Below, piece by piece: positions 28,722 through 36,981 of a stretch of DNA of 64,000 nucleotides (positions are counted from its first letter, which is position 1; each line of letters starts with the position of its first letter). The position numbers and the translations under genes were made by a program. Below the pieces are notes generated by a model that was given only the letters and a program-made list of their open reading frames with translations, searched no databases and was not told the DNA's origin. The DNA comes from an uncultured bacterium (lineage in GTDB: Bacteria; Patescibacteriota; Minisyncoccia; Phycocordibacterales; UBA6065). The stretch covers positions 362,076 through 426,075 of the forward strand of contig CBIMES010000001.1 in the NCBI GenBank assembly GCA_966243015.1. Reading direction: 5' to 3'.

Positions 28722-28746
28722 CATGAAAAAGCCACCGGTGAGGGTG
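28722..28746 (-). terminator. intrinsic terminator (agccacc-ctcacc-ggtggct + TTTTT on the minus strand)
   Basis: hairpin followed by a U-run after the 28774 gene. Confidence 0.5.
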
Positions 28747-28773
28747 GCTTGAACGGCTAGGCGACGCGGGCTG

Positions 28774-29151
28774 TTAGACCTGCGTATCTGCCGGAACGGG
28801 ACTGTTCTTGAGCTTGACTCGGGCCATGTGCCAGAATTCATGCTCCGAGACAGCCATCCAGAACTGGGTTTCGGTATGCTCGCCCCTGAAGGCGCACACG
28901 CGATAGCCCTCGACGGGAACGAAGCGAAGGAGCTTTGAGGGCACCCCCTTTCGTTCGGACCAACCGATCAACTGCCAGCCACGACCCTTTTCCAGGGAGA
29001 TAACGTGGGGGCGAATGTGATCGGGCAAGCCGGTCTCGCTGAAATGGGGAAGCCTTTTGAAGGCGTCCGCCGTGAAGTAAGGAATGAGTTTCGCGAGGGC
29101 TTTTTCTGCCTCCTCGCGCGACGGAAGGGCGTCACCCGCAGGAGTGTTCAT
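28774..29151 (-). CDS. hypothetical protein (HEFWH motif), unknown function
   Basis: Start taken at the ATG at 29151 (MNTPAGD); the ORF-track start at 29208 is a TTG. Confidence 0.45.
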   Translation of the reverse strand: MNTPAGDALPSREEAEKALAKLIPYFTADAFKRLPHFSETGLPDHIRPHVISLEKGRGWQLIGWSERKGVPSKLLRFVPVEGYRVCAFRGEHTETQFWMAVSEHEFWHMARVKLKNSPVPADTQV

Positions 29152-29238
29152 GGCAAGATTGGAAGGTTCGAGGTTGAATCTCGTAAAATCGTACGCCCAG
29201 ACGCGCAAAAGTCAACTTTCTGCTATAGTTGAGCCCAT

Positions 29239-31176
29239 ATGAAAGACCCCAAGGCCATCATTGGCATCATCAGCGTAAATTCGAAGGGAACCGGCTTTAT
29301 AACCCAGGAAGGGGCCGAGGACGACGTCGAGATAAAGAACGAACTCCTCAACAAGGCCCTTCACGGCGACGAGGTTGCCGTCACCCTCACCGGCCGCGTC
29401 GATCGGGGCCGCAGGCAGGGCCAGGTCGTCGAGATACTCAAGCGCAACAAGATGCGCTTCGTCGGCGTGGTCGAGCAGGCGGACGGAGTGCTCTTCCTCA
29501 CCCCTGACGACAAGCGCCTCTATCGCGACATCGCCGTCCTCCCGGCCGACTCTCAGGGCGCGGTGACGGGCGACAAGGTATACGTCGAGATCACCGAGTG
29601 GAACGACGCGGCAAAGTCACCGCGAGGCAAGGTGCTGGAAATCATCGGCAGGCACGGCGAGAACAACGCCGAGATGCGCGCTATCATCCTCGACCGAGGG
29701 CTTGCCTACGACTTCCCCGCGCAGGTCGTCGAGGAAGCAAAGGTCATCGAGAAGAACAAGGCGATCAGCGCCGAAGAGCGGGCAAAGCGCCGCGACTTCA
29801 GCGACGTGCCAACCTTCACCATCGACCCTATCGACGCGAAGGACTTCGATGACGCGATTTCAGTGAAGTTCCTCGAGAACGGCACCTACGAGATCGGCGT
29901 ACACATCGCCGACGTGTCGCACTACGTACGGGAGGGCACGGCGCTCGACGCCGAGGCACGGCAGCGAGGCTTCTCGGTGTACCTCGTCGACCGCACCATT
30001 CCCATGCTCCCCGAGGTACTCTCAAACGACGTGTGCTCCCTCAATCCGAACGAGGAGAAGTGCACCTTCTCGTCAGTATTCATCATGAACGACCGAGGCG
30101 AGGTCCTCGACCGATGGTTCGGCAAGACCATCATCAAGTCCTGGAAGCGCTTCACCTACGAGGAGGCGCAGGAGGTCATGGACAAGCAGGACGGCGTGCA
30201 CCTCAAGGAACTCAATCTCCTCAACGGCATCGCCAAGAAGCTCAAGGCGAAGAAGGACGCAGAGGGCGCTCTCGACTTCGAGCAGGACGAGGTAAAGTTC
30301 CAGCTCGACGAGACCGGCAGGCCCATCAAGGTCTTCCGCAAGGTGCGCAAGGACGCCCACAAGCTCGTCGAGGAGTACATGCTCCTCGCCAACCGCGAGG
30401 TGGCGCTCCACATGTGGAAGTCGAACCAGAAGACCCGCGGAGCCTTCGTCTACCGCATCCACGACGTGCCTGTGGCCGAGAAGATCCAGGACCTCGCCAT
30501 CTTCGTGCGAGCGCTCGGGTACGACCTCCCGCTCGACAAGCAGGGTGGCGTGAGGATCAAGGACCTCAAGGCCCTCTTCGACAGGATCCACGGCAAGCCC
30601 GAGGAATCCCTCATCAAGACCGCGACCATCCGATCGATGGCGAAAGCCGTCTACTCGACCAAGAACATCGGTCACTACGGCCTGGCGTTTGAGTATTACA
30701 CCCACTTCACCTCCCCCATCCGCCGCTACGCCGACCTCGTCGTGCACCGACTCCTCTACCGAGAGCTCATGAGCGGCAAGATCTCCCAGGGCGAGGCCTC
30801 GCTCTACGAGAAAATCTCGATGGAGAACTCCGAAAAGGAGCTTCGCGCCGCAGAGGCGGAGCGAGCCTCGATCAAGTACAAGCAGGTCCAGTACATGTCC
30901 GAGCGCATCGGCCAGACCTTCGACGGCCTCGTCACGGGAGTGAGCGAGTGGGGCATCTACGTCGAGGACAAGGAGACCAAATGCGAGGGCATGGTCCGCC
31001 TCGTCACCATGACCGACGACTACTACTCACTCGACAAGAAGAAGTACGCCATCGTCGGCGAGAGAAGCAGCAGGAAGTTCAGCCTCGGCGACGCCGTGAG
31101 GTTCACCGTGGTCGGTGCCGACCTCGAGAAGCGCACCCTCGACTACGCCATCGTGAACGAGCCGAGGAAGGGATAA
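29239..31176 (+). CDS. rnr: ribonuclease R (RNase II/R family, VacB)
   Basis: RNB-domain motifs DPIDAKDFDDAISV, VHIADVSHYV, YLVDRTIPMLP and GHYGLAFEYYTHFTSPIRRYADL, followed by a C-terminal S1 domain. Confidence 0.92.
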   Translation: MKDPKAIIGIISVNSKGTGFITQEGAEDDVEIKNELLNKALHGDEVAVTLTGRVDRGRRQGQVVEILKRNKMRFVGVVEQADGVLFLTPDDKRLYRDIAVLPADSQGAVTGDKVYVEITEWNDAAKSPRGKVLEIIGRHGENNAEMRAIILDRGLAYDFPAQVVEEAKVIEKNKAISAEERAKRRDFSDVPTFTIDPIDAKDFDDAISVKFLENGTYEIGVHIADVSHYVREGTALDAEARQRGFSVYLVDRTIPMLPEVLSNDVCSLNPNEEKCTFSSVFIMNDRGEVLDRWFGKTIIKSWKRFTYEEAQEVMDKQDGVHLKELNLLNGIAKKLKAKKDAEGALDFEQDEVKFQLDETGRPIKVFRKVRKDAHKLVEEYMLLANREVALHMWKSNQKTRGAFVYRIHDVPVAEKIQDLAIFVRALGYDLPLDKQGGVRIKDLKALFDRIHGKPEESLIKTATIRSMAKAVYSTKNIGHYGLAFEYYTHFTSPIRRYADLVVHRLLYRELMSGKISQGEASLYEKISMENSEKELRAAEAERASIKYKQVQYMSERIGQTFDGLVTGVSEWGIYVEDKETKCEGMVRLVTMTDDYYSLDKKKYAIVGERSSRKFSLGDAVRFTVVGADLEKRTLDYAIVNEPRKG

Positions 31177-31201
31177 ACGCCGATTACCGAAGACAAAATC
31201 A

Positions 31202-31228
31202 AAGCCGCCCCTGTGGGCGGCTTTCGCT
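31202..31228. terminator. hairpin after rnr (aagccgcccctgtgggcggctt)
   Basis: 9-bp stem; it also encodes the last codons of the doubtful ORF 31199..31498. Confidence 0.45.
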
Positions 31229-31516
31229 GTGGCATATCTCGGTTGAATCAGGTATCACGGCAACATATCCTTCCGAACCGTGCATCGACTTGTCCACGGG
31301 AATGAGGATTGCGTTCGGATTAAGGAACGAGCTCCTCTCTGGTCTGAGAACGGGAAACGGCCTCACCTTTTTGCCATTGAACGAAACACCGTCAACGACA
31401 AGGGTGAAAGGAGATCCCTCTGTGATGTCTGCAAAGGTCATAGGCGTGAGTTGTTCTTCAGACAGACTACTCCTCGCCGGCTCTGGAGACAAGCTCAAAA
31501 TACACAGGCGTGAACG

Positions 31517-31550
31517 GACAAGAAAAAGCCGCGGACCGAAAGGTCCGCGG
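31517..31550 (-). terminator. intrinsic terminator (agccgcggacc-tttc-ggtccgcggct + TTTTT on the minus strand)
   Basis: 11-bp stem followed by a U-run, downstream of gene 31572..31991. Confidence 0.55.
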
Positions 31551-31571
31551 CTTTGAACCGTGCAAACGAGG

Positions 31572-31991
31572 CTAGAGCGCTGCCGAAACCGCTCCCCTAG
31601 ACGGCGCCCCTTGCGGGACGTCGGGAATGTTCCCGACGGCGACGTTCCAGAAAAGATTCAGCGCACTGATTGTATCGGGACTGTCAGAGTCGCGCGCGGA
31701 ATAGCCACGGGTCTTGGCGTATTCAACCGCGACAGGAGTCAGGCCGAAATGCTCGCAGACCATGAGGTCCGGTCGCGAATTTTCCTTGCTCACGTCAACG
31801 AGGCGATCGGGCGAGAAAGCCTGATACCGGTTGAAGTGGGCAACCTGCAGCTCGTCCGCCCCTGAAAAGAAGCGGTGCAGAAGGTCAACTCGCTCCCGGG
31901 CGCTCAGGCTTGAGCCTCGGGCGTCGAGCATGTGGCTGACAACGGAATACAAATCGTGAAGTTTCTCTCGGGTGATAGGCGTGAAGGACAT
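31572..31991 (-). CDS. hypothetical protein, paralog A of a tandem pair
   Basis: ARGSSLSARERVDLLHRFFSG and LNLFWNVAV align with AQGARLSEEERMVLFRQVFDG and LNAFWRSVV in paralog B. Confidence 0.55.
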   Translation of the reverse strand: MSFTPITREKLHDLYSVVSHMLDARGSSLSARERVDLLHRFFSGADELQVAHFNRYQAFSPDRLVDVSKENSRPDLMVCEHFGLTPVAVEYAKTRGYSARDSDSPDTISALNLFWNVAVGNIPDVPQGAPSRGAVSAAL

Positions 31992-32046
31992 AAGGTGTTT
32001 CGCCTATTACCATATCACGTTTTCCATATAAATCAAGATAAAGAAA

Positions 32047-32082
32047 AAGGCCGCGGACATTCTGTCCGCGGCCCGCCTATCT
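32047..32082 (-). terminator. intrinsic terminator (ggccgcggacagaatgtccgcggcc + TTTTTCTTT on the minus strand)
   Basis: hairpin followed by a U-run after paralog B. Confidence 0.55.
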
Positions 32083-32093
32083 ATGCGATACGC

Positions 32094-32564
32094 TTACCGA
32101 TGCGAATGCTTCGGGGCAGCAGGTCGCCACATGCCGACCGTTTTCAGCTCCGTAACCACAGATCGCCAAAACGCATTGAGCGTCTGGCGGACAACCTTGG
32201 CGTTGGCGACTGTTGGATCGATACAGAACGCGTGCTCGTGCATGTCCCTTGGCGACAGAGCCATGGTCGGATACTTGTCGATGGCATCAGCACCGAATAT
32301 ACCGATAAGCGTCAGGGAGTGAACGTCCCGACGCTTCTCGACAACGTCGATTTTGGACACGTCGCGAATCTCGAGATACCACCCAAGATAGCGCTCGGCG
32401 AGAAACCTGGAGCCGTCGAACACCTGTCTGAACAAAACCATCCGCTCTTCTTCCGAGAGCCTCGCGCCTTGGGCGTCGAGCTCTGCGCAGGCTGCCCAGT
32501 AGGCGGCCTCGAACTCTTCGCGAATCTTGTCTTCACTGATAAACGAGAAATCAAGGATCATCAT
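32094..32564 (-). CDS. hypothetical protein, paralog B of a tandem pair
   Basis: 156 aa with a paralog-specific motif and its own terminator. Confidence 0.55.
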   Translation of the reverse strand: MMILDFSFISEDKIREEFEAAYWAACAELDAQGARLSEEERMVLFRQVFDGSRFLAERYLGWYLEIRDVSKIDVVEKRRDVHSLTLIGIFGADAIDKYPTMALSPRDMHEHAFCIDPTVANAKVVRQTLNAFWRSVVTELKTVGMWRPAAPKHSHR

Positions 32565-32598
32565 ACGTGATATATAATATCACGTTTTTATATAAAAA
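32565..32598 (-). promoter_or_regulatory. 21-bp perfect palindrome ACGTGATAT-ATA-ATATCACGT abutting the start codon, followed by an A/T palindrome; a half-site TATATnnAAAACGTGATAT is repeated upstream of paralog A (32012-32030)
   Basis: Exact inverted repeat at 32565-32585. TATATA lies at -12..-7 relative to the ATG, so the transcript may be leaderless. Confidence 0.5.
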
Positions 32599-32619
32599 GC
32601 AATAGTCTATCGAGACCCC

Positions 32620-34884
32620 CTACTTGGCCACGGCGAGCGCCTCGTTGAAGGCGATCGAGAGGAGCTTCGAGTAGCCCTCCCTGCCCATGGTGACGCCGTA
32701 GAGGACGCCTGCGCGAGACATGGTCTCGCGGTTATGGGTGATGACAATAAGCTGGGAGTGCTTCGAGAGGCTCTCCACCATGTCTCCGTACTTCTTCGAG
32801 TTCGCCTCGTCGAGGGCGGCGTCGGTCTCGTCGAGAATGATGAACGGGGGCGGATTGACCTGCGAGATGGCGAAGAGCAGCGCGATGGACGTGAGGGCGC
32901 GCTCGCCTCCCGAGAGCATCTCGAGGGCCTTCACCTTCTTGCGCGGCAGGTTCACGGCAATGTCCACGCCGAGCTCGGTCTCTTCTTCCCCCTCTGACTC
33001 CTCCGATATGCCGAGCTCCGCCATCTCCTCGGGCGAGATAGCGCGCCTGCGCTTCTTCTCGCGCACGACGGCAAGCGACGCCTCGCCTCCGCCGAACATA
33101 AGGGCGAAAAACTGCTTGAACTGATTGTTGATCTTGGTGATGCCCTCGGCGAACAGCGTGTCGAGCTTCGTCTCGAGCTCCTTGATGAGATCAGTGAGCG
33201 ACTGGGCAGATTTCTCGAGATCGAGAAGCTCCTTGGCGAGGAACTCGTCGCGCTCGGTGGTCTCCTTGAACTCCTTCATGACGTCGCCCGGCGATACGGC
33301 ACCGGAATCCTCGAGTCGGATCTTAAGCTTCTCGATGTGCTTGCGGCGCTCCTCCTGGCCATGCCGCTCTTCGGCAGCATACACAGTCTGGTCAGTCTCG
33401 AAGAGGTAGACCTCGCGGCCAATAAGGATAGCGCCCTCCTCGAGCTCTCGCTTGAGATCCTCTCGCTCGAGGCGAAGCTTGTCCTCGCGCACGCGAATGA
33501 CGGAGAGGCGGCCGCGCACGTCGTTCTGCTCGGCCATGATGCGGAACATCGCCTTCTCGGCGTCTCGCGAGCTGTCCTTCTCCTTCTCGATGTCCCTCTG
33601 GAGGCTCGCGTACTCGGCGGAAAGAGTCGACAGTTCAGCCTCCCTCTCCTTGCTCTCGGCGTCCGCCTGGCCCTTGCGCTCGCGGAGCGCGGCAATCTCG
33701 CGCTCGATGTCGTCGGCGCGACTCTCGGCCTTGGTGTTCTTGTTCGAGTCGAGGAACGAGGTCAGGGTCTCGCGGATGCGCCCCAAAATGCCCCGTACGG
33801 CCCCCATATCGGACGACCCCTCAATCTCGCCGCAGAGCTCATCAACGCGCGCCACGAGGCCCTTAGCCTTAGCGTATTCAATGGTCGAAACCTCGGTCTG
33901 GGCGGCAGCCCGCTCGCGGACAAGAATTTTCTCGAGGGTCACAATCTCTCCCTCGATGCGACCGACGCTCCTGGTCACGTCGTCGCGGGACTGGCGGACC
34001 TGCTTGAGCTTCGCCTCAAGCTCGATGAGCTCGGTAGACTTCACGTCCTTGGTCTCAGATGCGGCGAGCGCGGCCTTGGCTTCAGAAAGCTCCCTCTCGA
34101 GTCGCTCGAGATCCGCCCTCGGGCCGGCGGACTCGTCGGCAAGAGACTTCTCGGTCGAGGCGAGGTAGTCAGTCTCGCGCCTGAGATACTCCTTGTACAT
34201 GACCGTGAGCTCCTCGCGCAGGGCAATGGTCTTCTCGACCTTCTCCACCTGCTTCCTGAGGAACTTGAGATGCGGGGCGATTTCCTTGCGGAGAGACTCG
34301 ACCTTCTCCATGTTCTCGCGGGTCTTCTCGAGCTTCCTCTCGCTCTCCTCGCGCTTGTACTGGAAGATCTTGAGGCCAAGGGCGTCCTCGATCATCTCGC
34401 GCCTCTCGCGCACGTTCGCGTTGAGGATGCGGTCAGCCTCTCCCTGGGAGATGATGTGATGTCCAGACGAGCCGATATGGGCGCCAGCAAGGAGCTCGAC
34501 GATGTCGCGGAGTCTGACGGCCGAGCCGTTGATGAAGTACTCCGAAAGAGAGTCGCGGTGAATGACGCGCTCGATCGACACCTCGTCGAAGTCGATGTTG
34601 AGGAGACGCTTGCCGTCGCGCGGCTGATTGTCGAAGACGAGCTTGACCGACGCGCGGTTGCTGCGGGCCTGCGAGTCACCGCCGTTGAAGATAAGGTCCT
34701 CGGTACGCTTACCGCGCATCGATTTGATCGACTGCTCGCCGAGCACGAAGCGAAAGGACTCCGCGACATTTGACTTTCCCGACCCGTTCGGGCCGACCAC
34801 AGCCGTGACGGGCGCGTTGAATTCGAGATTACTCTTCTTGGCGAAGGACTTGAACCCGGAGAGCTCGAGGGATTTGAGATACAT
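32620..34884 (-). CDS. smc: SMC-family chromosome segregation ATPase (short form, about 754 aa)
   Basis: N-terminal FKSFAKKSNLEFNAPVTAVVGPNGSGKSN Walker A, long coiled coils, and a C-terminal LSGGERALTSIALLFA...ILDETDAALD. Start at the ATG at 34884 (MYLKSLELSGFKSF). Confidence 0.85.
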   Translation of the reverse strand: MYLKSLELSGFKSFAKKSNLEFNAPVTAVVGPNGSGKSNVAESFRFVLGEQSIKSMRGKRTEDLIFNGGDSQARSNRASVKLVFDNQPRDGKRLLNIDFDEVSIERVIHRDSLSEYFINGSAVRLRDIVELLAGAHIGSSGHHIISQGEADRILNANVRERREMIEDALGLKIFQYKREESERKLEKTRENMEKVESLRKEIAPHLKFLRKQVEKVEKTIALREELTVMYKEYLRRETDYLASTEKSLADESAGPRADLERLERELSEAKAALAASETKDVKSTELIELEAKLKQVRQSRDDVTRSVGRIEGEIVTLEKILVRERAAAQTEVSTIEYAKAKGLVARVDELCGEIEGSSDMGAVRGILGRIRETLTSFLDSNKNTKAESRADDIEREIAALRERKGQADAESKEREAELSTLSAEYASLQRDIEKEKDSSRDAEKAMFRIMAEQNDVRGRLSVIRVREDKLRLEREDLKRELEEGAILIGREVYLFETDQTVYAAEERHGQEERRKHIEKLKIRLEDSGAVSPGDVMKEFKETTERDEFLAKELLDLEKSAQSLTDLIKELETKLDTLFAEGITKINNQFKQFFALMFGGGEASLAVVREKKRRRAISPEEMAELGISEESEGEEETELGVDIAVNLPRKKVKALEMLSGGERALTSIALLFAISQVNPPPFIILDETDAALDEANSKKYGDMVESLSKHSQLIVITHNRETMSRAGVLYGVTMGREGYSKLLSIAFNEALAVAK

Positions 34885-35025
34885 GGGAAAGGTTGGTTGT
34901 CTGCCCATTATATCATTCAAGGGCCTGAAATCATGCTTGCGGGGTCGGTGCATAACTCAATTGACCAAAGGGCGACTCGGGTGAATAATCGAGTATGAAA
35001 CAGCAACCTCGTACCCCATACACCC

Positions 35026-35262
35026 ATGAAATCCAGTATCTGGTTTAAGCTCGGGATGGTTTCTGCAATCCCGTTCGGTGCGGCGGCCCTCGCCCTCCTC
35101 GTCGCCTGTGCGTCTGGTGGCATCGTGCTCAACTCAGTATTCGAGAAGGCCTGGCCCCTGTTAGTCACGTCTGGATCTGTCTGCGCGCTCCTGTTCGCCC
35201 TTCACTTCTTCCTCTGCTTCGTCCCCCGCTGGTGTGGCAAGGAGGAGATAAAACCGGCATAG
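35026..35262 (+). CDS. small membrane protein (78 aa, 2 TM), hypothetical
   Basis: Hydrophobic ORF with no SD; followed by a hairpin and T7. Confidence 0.35.
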   Translation: MKSSIWFKLGMVSAIPFGAAALALLVACASGGIVLNSVFEKAWPLLVTSGSVCALLFALHFFLCFVPRWCGKEEIKPA

Positions 35263-35276
35263 AAACCGGACAAACA

Positions 35277-35322
35277 AGGCCGGACCACTTCGTGGTCCGG
35301 CCTTCAACGTCCCCCTTTTTTT
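35277..35322. terminator. hairpin (ggccggaccacttcgtggtccggcc) followed by T7
   Basis: 10-bp stem with a T-run 11 nt downstream, between convergent genes. Confidence 0.45.
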
Positions 35323-35330
35323 CTTACAGC

Positions 35331-36146
35331 CTACTGCGCCGCAAGCAGACGCGCCACGCCGTCCTCGTAGAGCCGCTCGAGGCGCGAGATCTGAAGTGCC
35401 TCCGTGTACACGGCGACCTCGTCAATGCGGCCGACGAAATTGTGATTCGAGGCATAGTGACGGCCGATAAGGAAACCGCCGCTCGTATTCATGCTCCACG
35501 AGGCCGTGCCGCTCGAGCTGATCATCTTTCCATCCATAAAGGCTATGGTGGTGATAGTGGTTCCCCGCCGCATGACGACGCCGAAGATCCACTTGTTATT
35601 CATATCCGAGCCAAGATCAACGTAGACACCGTCAGTCTCGCTCACACCGACATTCATGATGCCGAACTGAGTGGTGTTATTCCTCATGGTCATTATGGGA
35701 GTGCTGTTAACCCCCACGGCATTCGAGAATATGCCGCCCCACGTCGAAGGCGAGGTTCGCTTGAACCATGCAGTAATCGTAAAATCGCCGGAGAAAGTCG
35801 AGGCTGGTATGTTTCCTTGTATATAGTTTGAGCCAGAAAGGGAGAAAGAGGATCCCGTTCCTGAGAACGTGTCGGTCGACCAGGACGCCGTGCCTGTCAC
35901 GGTCCCCGCGTTCCCGAGACCCGATGAGTCAGAGACGCTCGATCCAGCACCCTCATCAAGCTCCCAAATCGCGGCGGCATCAGCGCCAAGAGCGTGCGCG
36001 AACTGGGTGCTGAATTTATAGGCCGCGGCCTTCTGCGCCTTTGTGCGCGCGGCGTTAACACTCGAGAGGACCACGCTCGAGAGGAGCGCGATGATGGCGA
36101 TGACAACGAGAAGCTCGATGAGCGTAAAACCTCTCCTAAAATTCAT
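35331..36146 (-). CDS. type IV pilin-like protein with a concanavalin-A/LamG-like domain
   Basis: Prepilin leader and N-methylation motif MNFRRGFTLIELLVVIAIIALLSS. Start at the ATG at 36146. C-terminal LamG-like beta domain. Confidence 0.8.
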   Translation of the reverse strand: MNFRRGFTLIELLVVIAIIALLSSVVLSSVNAARTKAQKAAAYKFSTQFAHALGADAAAIWELDEGAGSSVSDSSGLGNAGTVTGTASWSTDTFSGTGSSFSLSGSNYIQGNIPASTFSGDFTITAWFKRTSPSTWGGIFSNAVGVNSTPIMTMRNNTTQFGIMNVGVSETDGVYVDLGSDMNNKWIFGVVMRRGTTITTIAFMDGKMISSSGTASWSMNTSGGFLIGRHYASNHNFVGRIDEVAVYTEALQISRLERLYEDGVARLLAAQ

Positions 36147-36198
36147 ATTTTGATTATACATCATATCCCACAAGAGTAACCCTCCTCTGAACGCGCCT

Positions 36199-36270
36199 CC
36201 GCAGACGAAGAACCCGTCAAGTATTATCTTGACGGGTTCGAGTCGAGGACTGGCAAGTGAACGAGGGGGG
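36199..36270 (-). repeat. about 70-nt repeat element (copy A) immediately 3' of rnc; a hairpin terminator with conserved flanks, second copy at 47634-47707
   Basis: On the minus strand: CCTCGACTCGAA-ACCCGTCAAG-ATAATA-CTTGACGGGT-TCTTCGTCTGCGGAGG. About 89% identical to copy B, with 2 compensatory base-pair changes in the stem. Confidence 0.55.
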
Positions 36271-36969
36271 TTACGACACCCATCCCTTTGCCTCGAGCGC
36301 CCTGACCGCCGCGTTCTGCTCGGCCTCCTGCTTTGACTTGCCCTCGCCCGTGGCGATCTGATCCTTGCCGATGAAGACGGCGACGGTGAACGACTTGTCG
36401 TGGTCGGGACCTGACTCGCGAACGAGCTTGTACGAAGGCGTGGTGCCCACCTTCTCCTGGGCTTTCTCCTGGAAGGCGCTCTTCGCGTCGACGAGATTGC
36501 CTTTGGCGATCATCTTGTCCGCGAAGACGAGGATGTGCCGCTCGATGAACGAGCGGGCGGAATCGTATCCCTGGTCGAGATAGATGGCGCCAATAACGGC
36601 CTCGAACGTGTTGGCGAGAATGTACTGGCGCGCGCGACCGGTGTCCTTCGCCTCTCCCCTCGAGAGGAGGAGGAAGTCGTTCATGGTGAGGTTCGACGCG
36701 ACCTCAGAGAGCGTGATCGAGTTCACGAGCGCCGATCGGTAGGTCGTGAGCTCGCCCTCGGGCTTCTCGGCGTAGCTCCTGTAGAGAAAGTCGGTGATGA
36801 CGAGCTCGAGGACGGCGTCGCCGAGGAACTCGAGTCGCTCGTTGTGCTCGAGGCGCACGTTCTTGTTCTCGTTGATGTACGAGCGATGCGTGAACGCCTG
36901 CCTGAGCAGGGACTTGTCTGAGAAGGTCACGCCTGCCTTTTCCTCGAATCGGGAGAAATTGATGTCCAT
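36271..36969 (-). CDS. rnc: ribonuclease III
   Basis: ERLEFLGDAVLELVITDFLY signature followed by a C-terminal dsRBD. Confidence 0.9.
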   Translation of the reverse strand: MDINFSRFEEKAGVTFSDKSLLRQAFTHRSYINENKNVRLEHNERLEFLGDAVLELVITDFLYRSYAEKPEGELTTYRSALVNSITLSEVASNLTMNDFLLLSRGEAKDTGRARQYILANTFEAVIGAIYLDQGYDSARSFIERHILVFADKMIAKGNLVDAKSAFQEKAQEKVGTTPSYKLVRESGPDHDKSFTVAVFIGKDQIATGEGKSKQEAEQNAAVRALEAKGWVS

Positions 36970-36981
36970 ACGGGAATATCG

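Noticed and set aside
31380-31420. AAGGGTGAAAGG resemblance to the RNase P RNA P10-12 region
   Set aside because: No GGAAAGTCCGGGCTCC-like or other universally conserved RNase P blocks are present in the surrounding 300 nt; the match is too short.
31199-31498. 99-aa ORF (TTG start) after rnr
   Set aside because: GC3 is about 60%, well below neighbouring genes. Its 3' codons are the rnr terminator hairpin. The only ATG gives an 80-aa product with no SD.
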